From Paraspadella gotoi (Eukaryota > Animalia > Chaetognatha), in contig CM119264.1 in assembly GCA_051294375.1 (NCBI GenBank), positions 16,775,245-16,839,244 on the forward strand: a stretch of 64,000 nt of DNA. The letters are read 5' to 3'. The position numbers were made by a program, and so were the translations under genes. Positions 25,701 through 35,323 of this stretch are shown here, one piece after another. The notes beneath the pieces were generated by a model. It made no database searches. It saw only the letters and a list, made by a program, of their open reading frames with translations, and was not told the origin of the DNA. Numbering within the stretch: the first letter of the stretch is position 1; the number at the start of each line of letters is the position of its first letter.

Positions 25701-26984
25701 TTTAATGGTTTTCGAATTTCTCCTCTCGATTGAAGGAAATGTCGCAGCCGGAGATCACGTCCTTCCACCAGCACGGATTCGCTGAACGATATATATCTTA
25801 CATCCGTAGTTCGATCGGAAAGCGTCGACCAACTGCCCTCGCCAAGATCCTTGGTGTTTACCGCATCGGGTTCCGCAACGCGCAGACTAGCGCCAAGGAC
25901 AAAAGAAACCTCCTTGTTATGGAAAATCTTTTTTATGGCAGGAAGACTGTCCAGATCTTTGATCTAAAAGGTAAATATTAACCTTAATTGACGTCTTCTG
26001 TTGCTACCAATTTGATCTTAAATTCCACGTATCTAATTTAATTTAGGTTCAACGCGCAATAGATTAGTGGACACAGAGGGCGGAACTGTGGACGATATGA
26101 CTGAGGCAGAAATGGTGTTGCTCGATGAAAATCTTTTAAAAGAGAGCATCGGTTAGTTTTAATAGGGTTATTTGTAGGTATTAGCATCATCCCGACTGTT
26201 TTCTTATCTTTTTGGTAGAAAATCCCATGTACCTTCGACCACATTCTAAGACAATCTTGACGAACTCCATCCGCGAGGATACAGCTTTCCTTTCGTCGAA
26301 CCTCGTCATGGACTATTCCCTTCTCGTTGGCGTTGACGAGAGTAATAAGGAGCTGGTCATAGGTACTGCCGAAGGCAGCCGTTATTAACTTGAAAAAATA
26401 TATATTATATACTATATATATATTATAAAATATATTATAAAAAATATATATTATATAATCGGTTATAGAATATTATGGCAACAGCCGGGTTGCCTGTGAT
26501 TCCCATTGGACGAGGCATCTCACTGTTGGCTTTGGGGGCTTCCGACCCTCAGTGACGGCACCTGTCACTGGCGCGTTTACCCGAGGACGGTCTCGCTTTT
26601 CTTTTGCTTTGAGTATAAACCAATGTTTTATACAACAAGTTACAAATAGGAGATGTTGACAGTTTCATTTTCAGTGATTCTTAAAAATTTCAGTCCAACA
26701 GAGGGAAGTCGTTAGGACTGTGGATTTGCCAAGAATTTACGTATTTAAACTGCCAACTGAAAGCGATTTATCTTTTCTCAGGCATCATTGATTACATCCG
26801 GACTTTTACGTGGGACAAAAAGTTAGAGACATTAGTAAAGTCGACGGTATTAGGCGCTGGTCAAGGACCACCAACCGTTGTGTCGCCTGAACTTTACCGA
26901 ACACGTTTTCTGGAGGCAATGGACCGATACTTTTTATTGGTTCCCGACAGGTGGAGCGGTTTTGGAGTTTTGGACCGAATGTGA
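3228..26984 (+). CDS. PIKFYVE: 1-phosphatidylinositol 3-phosphate 5-kinase (PIKfyve/Fab1), many exons
   Basis: FYVE exon ~4358-4514 (YWMPDSNCNECYDCGNRFTTFRRRHHCRICGQIFCSSCC). DEP and Cpn60/TCP-1-like domains lie in 7283-9892 (VVCSKNVVHRDM; LVMNVKQSVMERV). CHK region: LGAFLERYCFR, NWSWCKKC, LSFAKYLDLRF. PIP-kinase domain: ARGGKSGSSFCKTKDDRFILK, MENLFYGRK..IFDLKGS, VMDYSLLVG, GIIDYIRTFTWDKKLE. TGA at 26982-26984. Confidence 0.97.
5160..6020. repeat. Degenerate ~23-bp minisatellite (ATCATTTGGTTATCATAACATCC-like) within a repeat remnant in a PIKfyve intron
   Basis: Tandem units are visible from ~5410 to 6015. The preceding GCTCTGCAGCGGCTG motif is also seen near 49340, and related units occur at ~12430-12720. 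Confidence 0.8.
9922..11536 (-). CDS. Nested antisense gene in PIKfyve intron: 239-aa single-pass (type II-like) membrane protein with coiled-coil ectodomain, unknown family
   Basis: Exons 11536-11331 (206 nt, donor GTTTGT), 10497-10389 (109 nt, TTTTAG acceptor, GTAAAG donor) and 10326-9922 (405 nt, CGCAG acceptor, TAA). Phases 2 and 0 join into one 720-nt ORF. TM segment: LLARLVILISIWFIIALLVIIILCIPIF. Confidence 0.75.
10506..11123 (-). mobile_element. Two tandem copies of a SINE-like repeat with B-box-like GGTTCAATC; related fragment at 26473-26590
   Basis: 10506-10738 and ~10955-11123 are direct repeats. On the minus strand they share CCAGTGAC..GTCACTG with 26473-26590, and 10506-10738 and 26473-26590 share a TTGCCATAAT end. 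Confidence 0.55.
17220..17390 (+). mobile_element. tRNA-derived SINE (second copy on minus strand at 60050-60215)
   Basis: tRNA-like head with A-box-like TGGTGCCGGAGG and B-box-like GGTTCTAGCCC, followed by a non-tRNA body. A near-identical reverse-complement copy lies at 60050-60215. Confidence 0.8.
18228..19488. mobile_element. Nested MITE-like structure: outer ~110-bp inverted repeats around an inner foldback element
   Basis: 18228-18342 is the imperfect reverse complement of 19381-19488. The inner element, from ~18385, begins CATATTATAAAATGAGGTACCC, the same end as the 28867-30924 element. Confidence 0.7.
22625..22665 (-). ncRNA. Minimal type-I hammerhead ribozyme motif (Penelope pLTR type)
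   Basis: Minus strand: acg-CTGATGA-aGGCTTgaaagcaAAGCC-GAAAC-ATGTC-tgt. Conserved core, stem II, palindromic mini stem III and a GUC cleavage triplet. Confidence 0.7.
23470..23850 (-). pseudogene. Penelope-like retroelement GIY-YIG endonuclease C-terminal fragment (frameshifted)
   Basis: AYVGETGKSLTDRFQQH..SAVVEH and NWFSRGIRKAIYIK..LNRDGG..LPPSYD, typical of the PLE endonuclease, split over two frames. Confidence 0.85.
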
Positions 26985-28034
26985 AGGATCAAAAATGTGA
27001 TGTATCAAAAAGCTAATTGTGATAGCTAATCTTTTACAATATGGTTTAATTTTAATTAGTATAAAAAACGGACTTCAGACTGAGGGTAAACAAAGAATTG
27101 TTTTAATCTGTTTAATTTGTTTATTTATAAGTTAAAAATTAAAAACCAAGAACCAGTCTTGGACTTAAGCTTAAGTTAATTCCTTTATATTTTAGTGATC
27201 GAACATTCCCTAAGACGCATCCTCCTTTTCATCCTTCTATCCTTAACTAATTTACAATTAGTATTTATCAATTGGGTCCTCCCCTAATTTAAAAAAAAAT
27301 GTTTGGGAACAATATTTATATTGTTTATAATCAAAACGAGAACTAAACATTGGAACATGAACATATCCTCTGGATACTAACGAACGACGTTTTTTTAATA
27401 CGTTCTATTAAAAACCACCCCGTTTAAAACTCATTAGCTATATAAAAAATTAAGTAAGATAAATATATTTAAAAATAAAGAAACGTGATGAAAATTTTGA
27501 TTAAAAATGCTTACTTTCATGTTTACCCATGATAGTAATTCAATTTTAACAGTTTAGCTCTTATACGAGTATTTGCATCGTCAATGAATGAAAATGAATG
27601 GTTGTTGAATATAGAATTGTAGTGGTGATAAGCTGCAGATTCTGCAGTGCAGTGTGATAGTTAATTTATTTAACGCTTTTAATTTGAAGATGGATTAAAT
27701 AAAACTTAACTCTTAAATAATGCAAAATAATTCGTATTGGGTTACGAGTCAGAATTCATAATCAGTGTTGATTTGAGAAGTTACAAGTTTTAATTTCATT
27801 TATCTAAATCTGATGTTAAACTTGTAATAAAATATTTAGAGAAAGAATTTAATGGATACATCAGTTTATTTGCGTTACTTATTAAGTCGATTATTTCATT
27901 ATCATTGTGAAATGTTTATGTATATTTTCTACTTTTGACATTTTTTCGAGCAGCTAGCTAATTCGGCTGTAGTTTTCTTCTAGACACATTCTGTGAATGC
28001 TCTCGTCGGAAACGTGAACTATACCGAGCGTACA

Positions 28035-28718
28035 ATGCCCCTTTGGAAGCCAGTTCTCGCTAAGCCTCGTTCTCGGTCCCGCGCGAGCGATGAATCTGAC
28101 GGGACTCCAGAGTGTTCCATGATCAGAAGATCGGCATCTCCTCGCGGCTCGCCTTTGCCTGGGAAGCACCCTCTACAGCGCCGCTGGTCCATGTGGTACC
28201 ACAAGAACGACAAACAGAAGGACAAGGATTGGAAATCGAGCCTGCGTTTTATTTCTTCTTTCGATACGGTAGAGGACTTTTGGGCTCTTTATAACCACCT
28301 TAAGAGCGCCTCCGGCCTGCAGGTCGGCTGCGACTACTCCATGTTTAAAGAGGGTATTGAACCCATGTGGGAGGACTCGCATAATGTGATGGGAGGACGC
28401 TGGCTATTAAATTTGTCGAGACCCCAGCGCGTTTTCGAGTTGGATTCGTTCTGGCTTGAGACGCTTCTCTGCTTAATCGGCGAGGCGTTTGAACCTTTCT
28501 CTGATGACGTGTGCGGGGCTGTCGTCAACATCCGTCCTAAAGGCGACAAAATTTGTGTCTGGACTCGAGACGCCGACAAACAAGAAAGCAACATGAAGAT
28601 TGGAAAGACCCTTCGCCTTAGACTTGCCTTTCCTAGAAACATCGCCATTGGATTCCAAGCACACAAGGACACTATAACAAAATCTGGATCGACTACTCGT
28701 AATAAATACACCGTTTAA
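28035..28718 (+). CDS. EIF4E: Eukaryotic translation initiation factor 4E, class I, uninterrupted CDS
   Basis: KHPLQ..WSMWY, DW, FDTVEDFWALYNH, DYSMFKEGIEPMWED, GGRWL, WLETLLCLIGEAF, CGAVVNIRPKGDKI.VW and KSGSTT.NKY; conserved Trp residues present. An in-frame acceptor at 27983 could add an upstream exon. Confidence 0.95.
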   Translation: MPLWKPVLAKPRSRSRASDESDGTPECSMIRRSASPRGSPLPGKHPLQRRWSMWYHKNDKQKDKDWKSSLRFISSFDTVEDFWALYNHLKSASGLQVGCDYSMFKEGIEPMWEDSHNVMGGRWLLNLSRPQRVFELDSFWLETLLCLIGEAFEPFSDDVCGAVVNIRPKGDKICVWTRDADKQESNMKIGKTLRLRLAFPRNIAIGFQAHKDTITKSGSTTRNKYTV

Positions 28719-28866
28719 AACTTTCAAAAGAGTAATCTATCTCACGGTCTTGATGATAAAATTTCAGTACCTAATTAATAATTTGTTTTTCATTATAATT
28801 TATCTTACAAATGTTTCGATCGAGTTGGTATAGTTTATGAAGGGTAGTCATGAAACTGTGTACAAA

Positions 28867-30924
28867 AGGCTTCATATTATAAAATGAGGTACCCGTTTTT
28901 TGTGACCAGAATCAGTTCCAAACAAAATACCTGATCGAATTTTATGAAATTTTTAACGAAATTTTTAAACGGAACTATCGAGGCCCATTTTGATATTCAA
29001 CCCCTGACAAGAGATACAGGGCCTGGGGGCTGGACCCCTGGGGGCCAAAAAAAGTAAAAAACCTTTTTTACATATTTTAATATTTTTAGTAGCATCAGGT
29101 GTATTGACGTCTTAAATATGACTGTGAGAGAGTCTTGATTGAAAGCTTGCAGGGACCTGCTATGTCATTATCTTGTAAGAGTGATGGAGGCCTTAAACTA
29201 CCAAAGCCTAACCATTGTCCAAAGTCAGGGGCAAGATAGCTTATTTATTAAATAAATGGATAATTTCTATATTGGTTGTACCAATTTCATGTAAAAAAAA
29301 ATTTATACATTTTTAATAATTAAGTATTAGGCCGGAACAGGTTGAAAAAAAAGTTCTCTCAAATAGATAATGGTCAAGTGACTGTTAGGAATATGAAAAT
29401 AAAAATAATTTTTAAAATTTGTCTTATTGATAAGTGCACGGAAGCTTTTTAAAATTATTTTATTACAATATAAAGTTTAAATTTTTGTAAACAATTTTTT
29501 AATTTTTTTAAAAGATTCTAATAAACCTTTAAAAGTTAGATAAAGGTTATTATTATAATTTTTTTAATTTTTTTATTTTTATTGATGACAATTTTAAAAA
29601 ACTATAAAATTCAAGCTAATGATGATGATTTTTTTAGGTCTTTTATTTTTAACCAATTTATTATCCAAATTTTAAAAATTATAGTACTAACTTTTTTTAA
29701 CTTTTTAAGCTTTATAAAAATCCGTTTTTAAAAAATAAAATTTTAAAAACATTTTTTTGTTATTTGTTATATATTAATAAATATTTAAAAGCTTCAGTAC
29801 AACAACCCCATGAACTAATTAAAAAAGTTGTAATAGAAAGAAAAAAAAGTTTTTGAGAGAACTAAAATTTATAAAAAGTGATCAATTTTGGCCCGCCTTA
29901 TTAAGTATTGTTTGACGATGCATAGTTCAACGTTTTACTTTAAATTTTCCCAAATTATTCCAAATCTGACTTGAACAGCTAATGTTCATGAAGCTGAAAA
30001 TTAAACTAATATTTTTGAGATAATAAATGTTTTTGTGGAAAAGTAAAAGTAAACGTCTGTACAATAGAGTGGAGCACTCAAGAATAAAAAAAATATTTTA
30101 ATGATCAAACAAGGATATTTAGATGTGAGATAGTATGATTAATTAGTATAAAAAATATTTTGTTCATATTGTTTCGGGAACAGATTAGTAAAATATAATA
30201 TATTTGTAATAATATTCATATAAAATAATAATTTTTTTAAAACTTTTAATAAAGATTCAGATTATTTTTAAAAAGTTAAATCAAAAATATAAAATATGTT
30301 ATCAAAAATTCTATCATCTTCAGCATTTAAAAAAGATTAAAAAAAATAGTAAAAACTTATATATGTTAAAACGTCTTAATCATTTTTTGCAATCCAAACA
30401 TTAAAATATCATATAACATATATAACATACATATATTGGTTGTACCAATTTTATATTTTATAAAAGTTTTTTAGTTTTTTACGGCGAATCCAAATCTGTT
30501 CTTAAAAATAAAAAAAAATATTTTGAAATTTAACAATTTTATAAAAATATTACTAAATAAATAATTGCATTTAAAAAGATTTAAAAATTGTTAATTATAT
30601 ATCCATAGGCAGCAAAAAAATAATGTTCAATCGTTCAGTCTTTTCATCACCCCACCCTACTGTGCATCTATTCAAAACAAAAATAATTAAAAAAATTGAA
30701 AAAAATTTCTGATTTTTTTTTTTTGCCCTAATGGATGACCCCCCGGGGGTCCATACCTCAGCTCAAGGGTCAAATATTGTAATTCGCCTCGCAAGTTCTA
30801 TTTGTATTCACAAAGGGATCGTTCAAACCAAATTTAAATGAATTTTATCCAGTAGTTTTCTCGGAACGTGTTCTGGTCACAAAAAACGGGAACCTCATTG
30901 AGTCATTTTATAATATGAAGCCTT
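28867..30924. mobile_element. ~2-kb foldback/MITE-like DNA transposon with long imperfect TIRs, containing other repeat fragments
   Basis: Left end AAGGCTTCATATTATAAAATGAGGTACCCGTTTTTTGTGACCAGAA; right end TTCTGGTCACAAAAAACGGGAACCTCATT..TTTTATAATATGAAGCCTT. No ORF. Confidence 0.8.
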
Positions 30925-31479
30925 CTTTATTCATAACTGTGATCCTAGCGAAATGTTGTACTCGTTAATTATATTACTTTTAATTTTTTTTTAACTTTGA
31001 TCTTAAAACGAAAGTTTCCGACAAAATAATAGTCCGGAAAACTGCACGTCGATTCCTTCCCCGAGAAAATTAAAAATAACACAAGTCATCTTCTGTGACA
31101 TTGGTCCTGTCTTGCGAGTTCTGTACGTGATACTCGTGGTTTTAATATTGTAGTTTCAATAAAGTAGGTATAAACTAGTTATTGTATTAATTTAAAATGG
31201 AAAATTTAGGAAGAATCAAATATAAAAAGTAAAACAACTTTTATATTTTTTACGTTTTATCAATTTTAGTCATCTTAATGGGAAAAACAGATTTTGAAGT
31301 TTTGACACTTCTAAATTATTATGTTACGATTTTACATAAGTATTTTACATAACTATTATGCAACATAATTAGGTTTGCAATATAATTAGTGAAAAAAGAA
31401 ACTACATCAGATCTGATGTATAAATTCACAATTCATCAATAACGGAAGTTTATGAAAATACTGTGTGTTTTGAGTTTTG

Positions 31480-34398
31480 TCAGCTTGTTGATACAAGAGA
31501 CGAAAGGTTGTTCAATTGTCGGCTTAATATGCTTTTTTCGTCGAAGAGGCTTCTTATGAGGAAGACTTGGATAACTAAAACGGTCACCATCACGGCGAGA
31601 TTGAGCAGCGACCAAAAGTTTACCTGAAAGAAATATTTTTTTATGCGCTCGATTTTCCTCTCATAACTATATAGTATAGTATATAGTATATATAGTATAT
31701 ACGTTAGACGTATGTATATTTTTTTGTATAACTGATTTGATAAAATGATTTCTACCTTTTCGAAATTACGCTCCGCAAGATGTCTGTCTCTTGACTCGAT
31801 TGAACGAGTCGTAGTTTGCAAATGTCCAATATTTTCGATTTTATTTCGTATTCTCTCAAGGCGATACTGGAATGGGGAAAGGCATGTGTTACGTTTGAGC
31901 CAGGAGCCAGCGGTGACACTGATATTTATACCCACTTTAAAATCATTGACTTTGCTGTCATATTCTTCAAAGTCTTTCGGTACGTCCTTGTTGCCGAGCT
32001 TCCCAAAGTAGTCGTCGTCGTCGTCATCTTCGTCTTCGTTTTTTGCTGAACCGTCGACGACAATCTCGAAGAATACTATCTTATCATAATAAGAGGAGAC
32101 GCCGTTGTCAAAGCAGAGTTGATATTCTCCACTCTCGGTTGGATTGAATCTGGGTTCATAGATTTAGTACTGATATTATACACTCTTTATAATATTAAAA
32201 TTTAGAAATTATGCTTTTGCATCGGTAATAAACATTGGTAACTGGGCTTATTTTTAAATTCGTGGTCGGTTGTTTTTTGCTTCTTATGAGCGACGTATAA
32301 ACAAGTTTGAGCAAACAATGTCGGATCTGCCCACGATCATTATCGGTAATTAATTATTTAATTAATACTTAATTAGTAATTAATTAATTCAAGTTAATTA
32401 TTTAATTAATTAATAATTAATTTATTCAAGTTAATTATTTAATTAATTAGGCAATTAGATCCAAAATGTTTGTTTTGATTGATTGACTGATTAATTAATT
32501 GTTAATTAATTAATTATTTCATTAATTAATACAACTTGCATTTACATTTAAAATAAAAAGAAAAAGAAGCATAATCAATTAGTGAAACAGGTTCTTTGTT
32601 TTTTTTATTTAAACTCATTTCCACTCAAACGATTCCATCGAAACTTGATTTCCAGTTTAATCACGCACATTTCTACCCAAATACAAAATTTCAAGTCAAT
32701 CGAGTAATTGGTATTTAAATAGTTAAATTTTTTTTTTTTCTTATTTAAACTCATTTCCACTCGGACGATTCCATCGAATCTTCATATCCAGCTCAATCAC
32801 ACACTTCCCTACCCACACACAAAATTTCATTCCAATCCATACAACCAATCACGAGTAATTGGTGTTTTTTGCTTTGGTGGGACGGACGGAAGGACATCGT
32901 ATTTTTTTTTGCATAATTTATCATAATTCGATGTTCTGATATGATATAAGTAAATGCCCGACAAGATTGAGGGGGCTGACCGACAAAGTGAATTATAGAG
33001 TCGGGATCTGCTGATAAGCAGATCCGACTAAAAACTTGTTACTCAAAAATATAAAAAAAATATTGATAAGGGTAAAACAAATTTTTAGTACAAATTTTAT
33101 TTCGAAACTTCCCTTAACCCTAACTGCCCCTAATCCTTAACCACTCTTAACCCAATTGCTAACAGTTTAAAAATATAATATAAAATATTGTTTTTTTTAT
33201 TTCATTGTTATTTGTTTGAAGCCAAAATATGTTCTAAATTTATAATTCTTAATAAAGGCCTTCATCAGCGCAAAACAAATTGATTTATAAAACTAATTTT
33301 GTTACAGATTTTATTAAACTGTAAACTGTAAACCTCGAACATAAAAATAGCGGTTTTGGCGGATTTTGAAAAACCACTTAAAAATACTTNNNNNNNNNNC
33401 ACCCTTAACCCTAACCCCTCCCTAACCCCGGTCGGCGAAGTTAAAGGAAACCAAAATAGCAATTAAAATAAATATAAAACAATTATTATTAATTATAAAA
33501 TTTTTATACTGCATAAAAAAATATGGCTAATTTTTATTTTTACTGACCGGGGTTTTGAAAAACTATTTAAAATTATTCTTCTTTTTTTTTTAAATTAATA
33601 AAAATTATTACTTTATTATTCAAACCCTAAACCCTTTTAACTTTAACCACCCTAAACTCTAAACCACCCTTAACCCCTAACCCTTAACCCAAAAATGGCT
33701 ATTACTGATTGGACGTTCGAGGGAAAATAAATATTGATTAACAAATCACCGACCGGTGGTACCTAAGCCTCAGGTTAGTTGCGGTCATCGAATAGTAAAA
33801 ATACCCGAAAAGGGTTATTAAAAATTATCGTTTCGTGTATTACGTATGTATAATAATCATGTTTAGTACTTACTTGTGATTGTACTCTGACTTCAAGTAA
33901 TCGGAAAATATTAATGTTCCGGTTGGGGTGTGAAGGGTCACATCAATCTTTAAATCGCCTCCGTCTATGACCTACCACGGCAATCAGGGAAAGGAGGGTG
34001 TTTACACAGCACAAAAATAGATAGTGTTATAGCTATAGTGTTACTAAAGGAACGTCAAACATGTAAACTTTCATAATCTTAGTAATCTTACACAAAAGAA
34101 CCGTCTTCGGAGTCTTCCTCGTATAGAATTTGCTCGCTCGGATCAAACAGAGTGACTTTTATACTCATTTCCATTGCATCCAACACCTTTGGCCGACGGG
34201 TCAATTATTAACGTTGATGCCACGCGATTCCCGCCTCTCGTTTCTTACCTGATATTCCAGTTCGACTTCGGTATCTTTTTTCAACGTTTCAAAGTAACAC
34301 TCGCGTGTCCCAGCCTTGACTTCCACTGTGAAATCGTTGTCCGTGCGCGACAATCCGAAAAGCAAAAATACCAAAATCGTGTTGAGAATTTGCTTCAT
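31480..34398 (-). CDS. p24/emp24/TMED family GOLD-domain protein (gamma subfamily, TMED1/TMED5-like) with two alternative second exons
   Basis: Exons 34398-34249, [34186-34092 or 33971-33874], 32149-31936, 31866-31756 and 31623-31480. Signal peptide, DFTVEVKAGTRECYFE, GEYQLCFDN, coiled coil E.RDR.LAERNF..VNFWS, TM helix and IRSLF tail; 237 or 238 aa. Confidence 0.93.
32299..33034. mobile_element. HINE/DINE-1-like family A, apparently complete copy (others at 52050-53100 and fragment 49214-49259)
   Basis: Same AAACAAGTTTGAGCAAACAATGTCGGATCTGCC end, GGACGGACGG tract and terminal GTCGGGATCTGCTGATAAGCAGATCCGAC hairpin as 21808-23988. Confidence 0.8.
33390..33399. other. Assembly gap (10 N)
   Basis: Run of n inside a repeat-rich intron. 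Confidence 0.99.
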
Positions 34399-35323
34399 CT
34401 TTAATTTGTTGACGGGCTTGTTTTATGAGTTGCTTTTTGAGATCAAAAAAATGGTTTGGGCAGATTCGTTGTTAGGGATGGTGGCAAAGGGGCCGAAGCC
34501 AAGTGACTCGCGACGAAACCAACTCTGTGATTTGTGAATGAACCTCTGGTCTAGCATACTTTGTCAGCCGAAAGAAAAAACCGGTCCCTCGTTCAGGGGT
34601 CGCTAGTCGCCTCATTATAATGCGACTCGGGCTTTCCCAGTTCTTTGTGATTGTTTTTACGGGACTCAAGACGCGAGCGCAATACCGCCATTCGATTAAG
34701 CTAACGAGGGTATTACCTCTACTTTATCTTACCCTCGGTTTTGACCTAATTTCAATGTCTAATTAGGTAAAAAAGACTCGGTCACGTGATCTCTAACGTT
34801 CTGGCTTCGACCTCATATACATATTTCCACACAACTTAAAAAAGTAGTTCCAACGCGTGTTCATGTAAATAGCGGGGATTCTTCAGATGTCAATTATAAT
34901 ATTTTTTATTACAAACGTTTTCGAGAGAAAAGCTGTGAATTTATTTGCTTTTAATCGCGTCATTCTGCGCCTGGCTTTTTTTCCTTTCTTGTCCCGTCCT
35001 CGTCAGAGGCGCAAGAATATCGGACCCAAAGATGCCTGCGATCGAAGCTATATAGCAAAGAACCTCGAATCGTGGAAAACCGTTTCTCTCCCTCTCTCGC
35101 TCTCTCTCTCTCTCTTAATCAGAATACGTTGTTTCCGCATCCCAGGTCTCACGCGCGCGCATTGTCCTAGTGAGGACGGCTTGCGCCGTAACGTTGCCCA
35201 TCCGCCAGATCCCGCCGCTGTCTCAATAAAAAAAATGACGTTTCTTCAAACTACTTCGGATATAAGTAAAAATTGATTTGATTGACTTATAACTCGTTAT
35301 TATACATAAAAATATTTTAAAAA

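Noticed and set aside
33085-33700. Telomere or chromosome-fusion site near the N gap
   Set aside because: The repeats are short, degenerate and bounded by MITE-like ends found elsewhere in the window, and the p24 gene continues across the gap.
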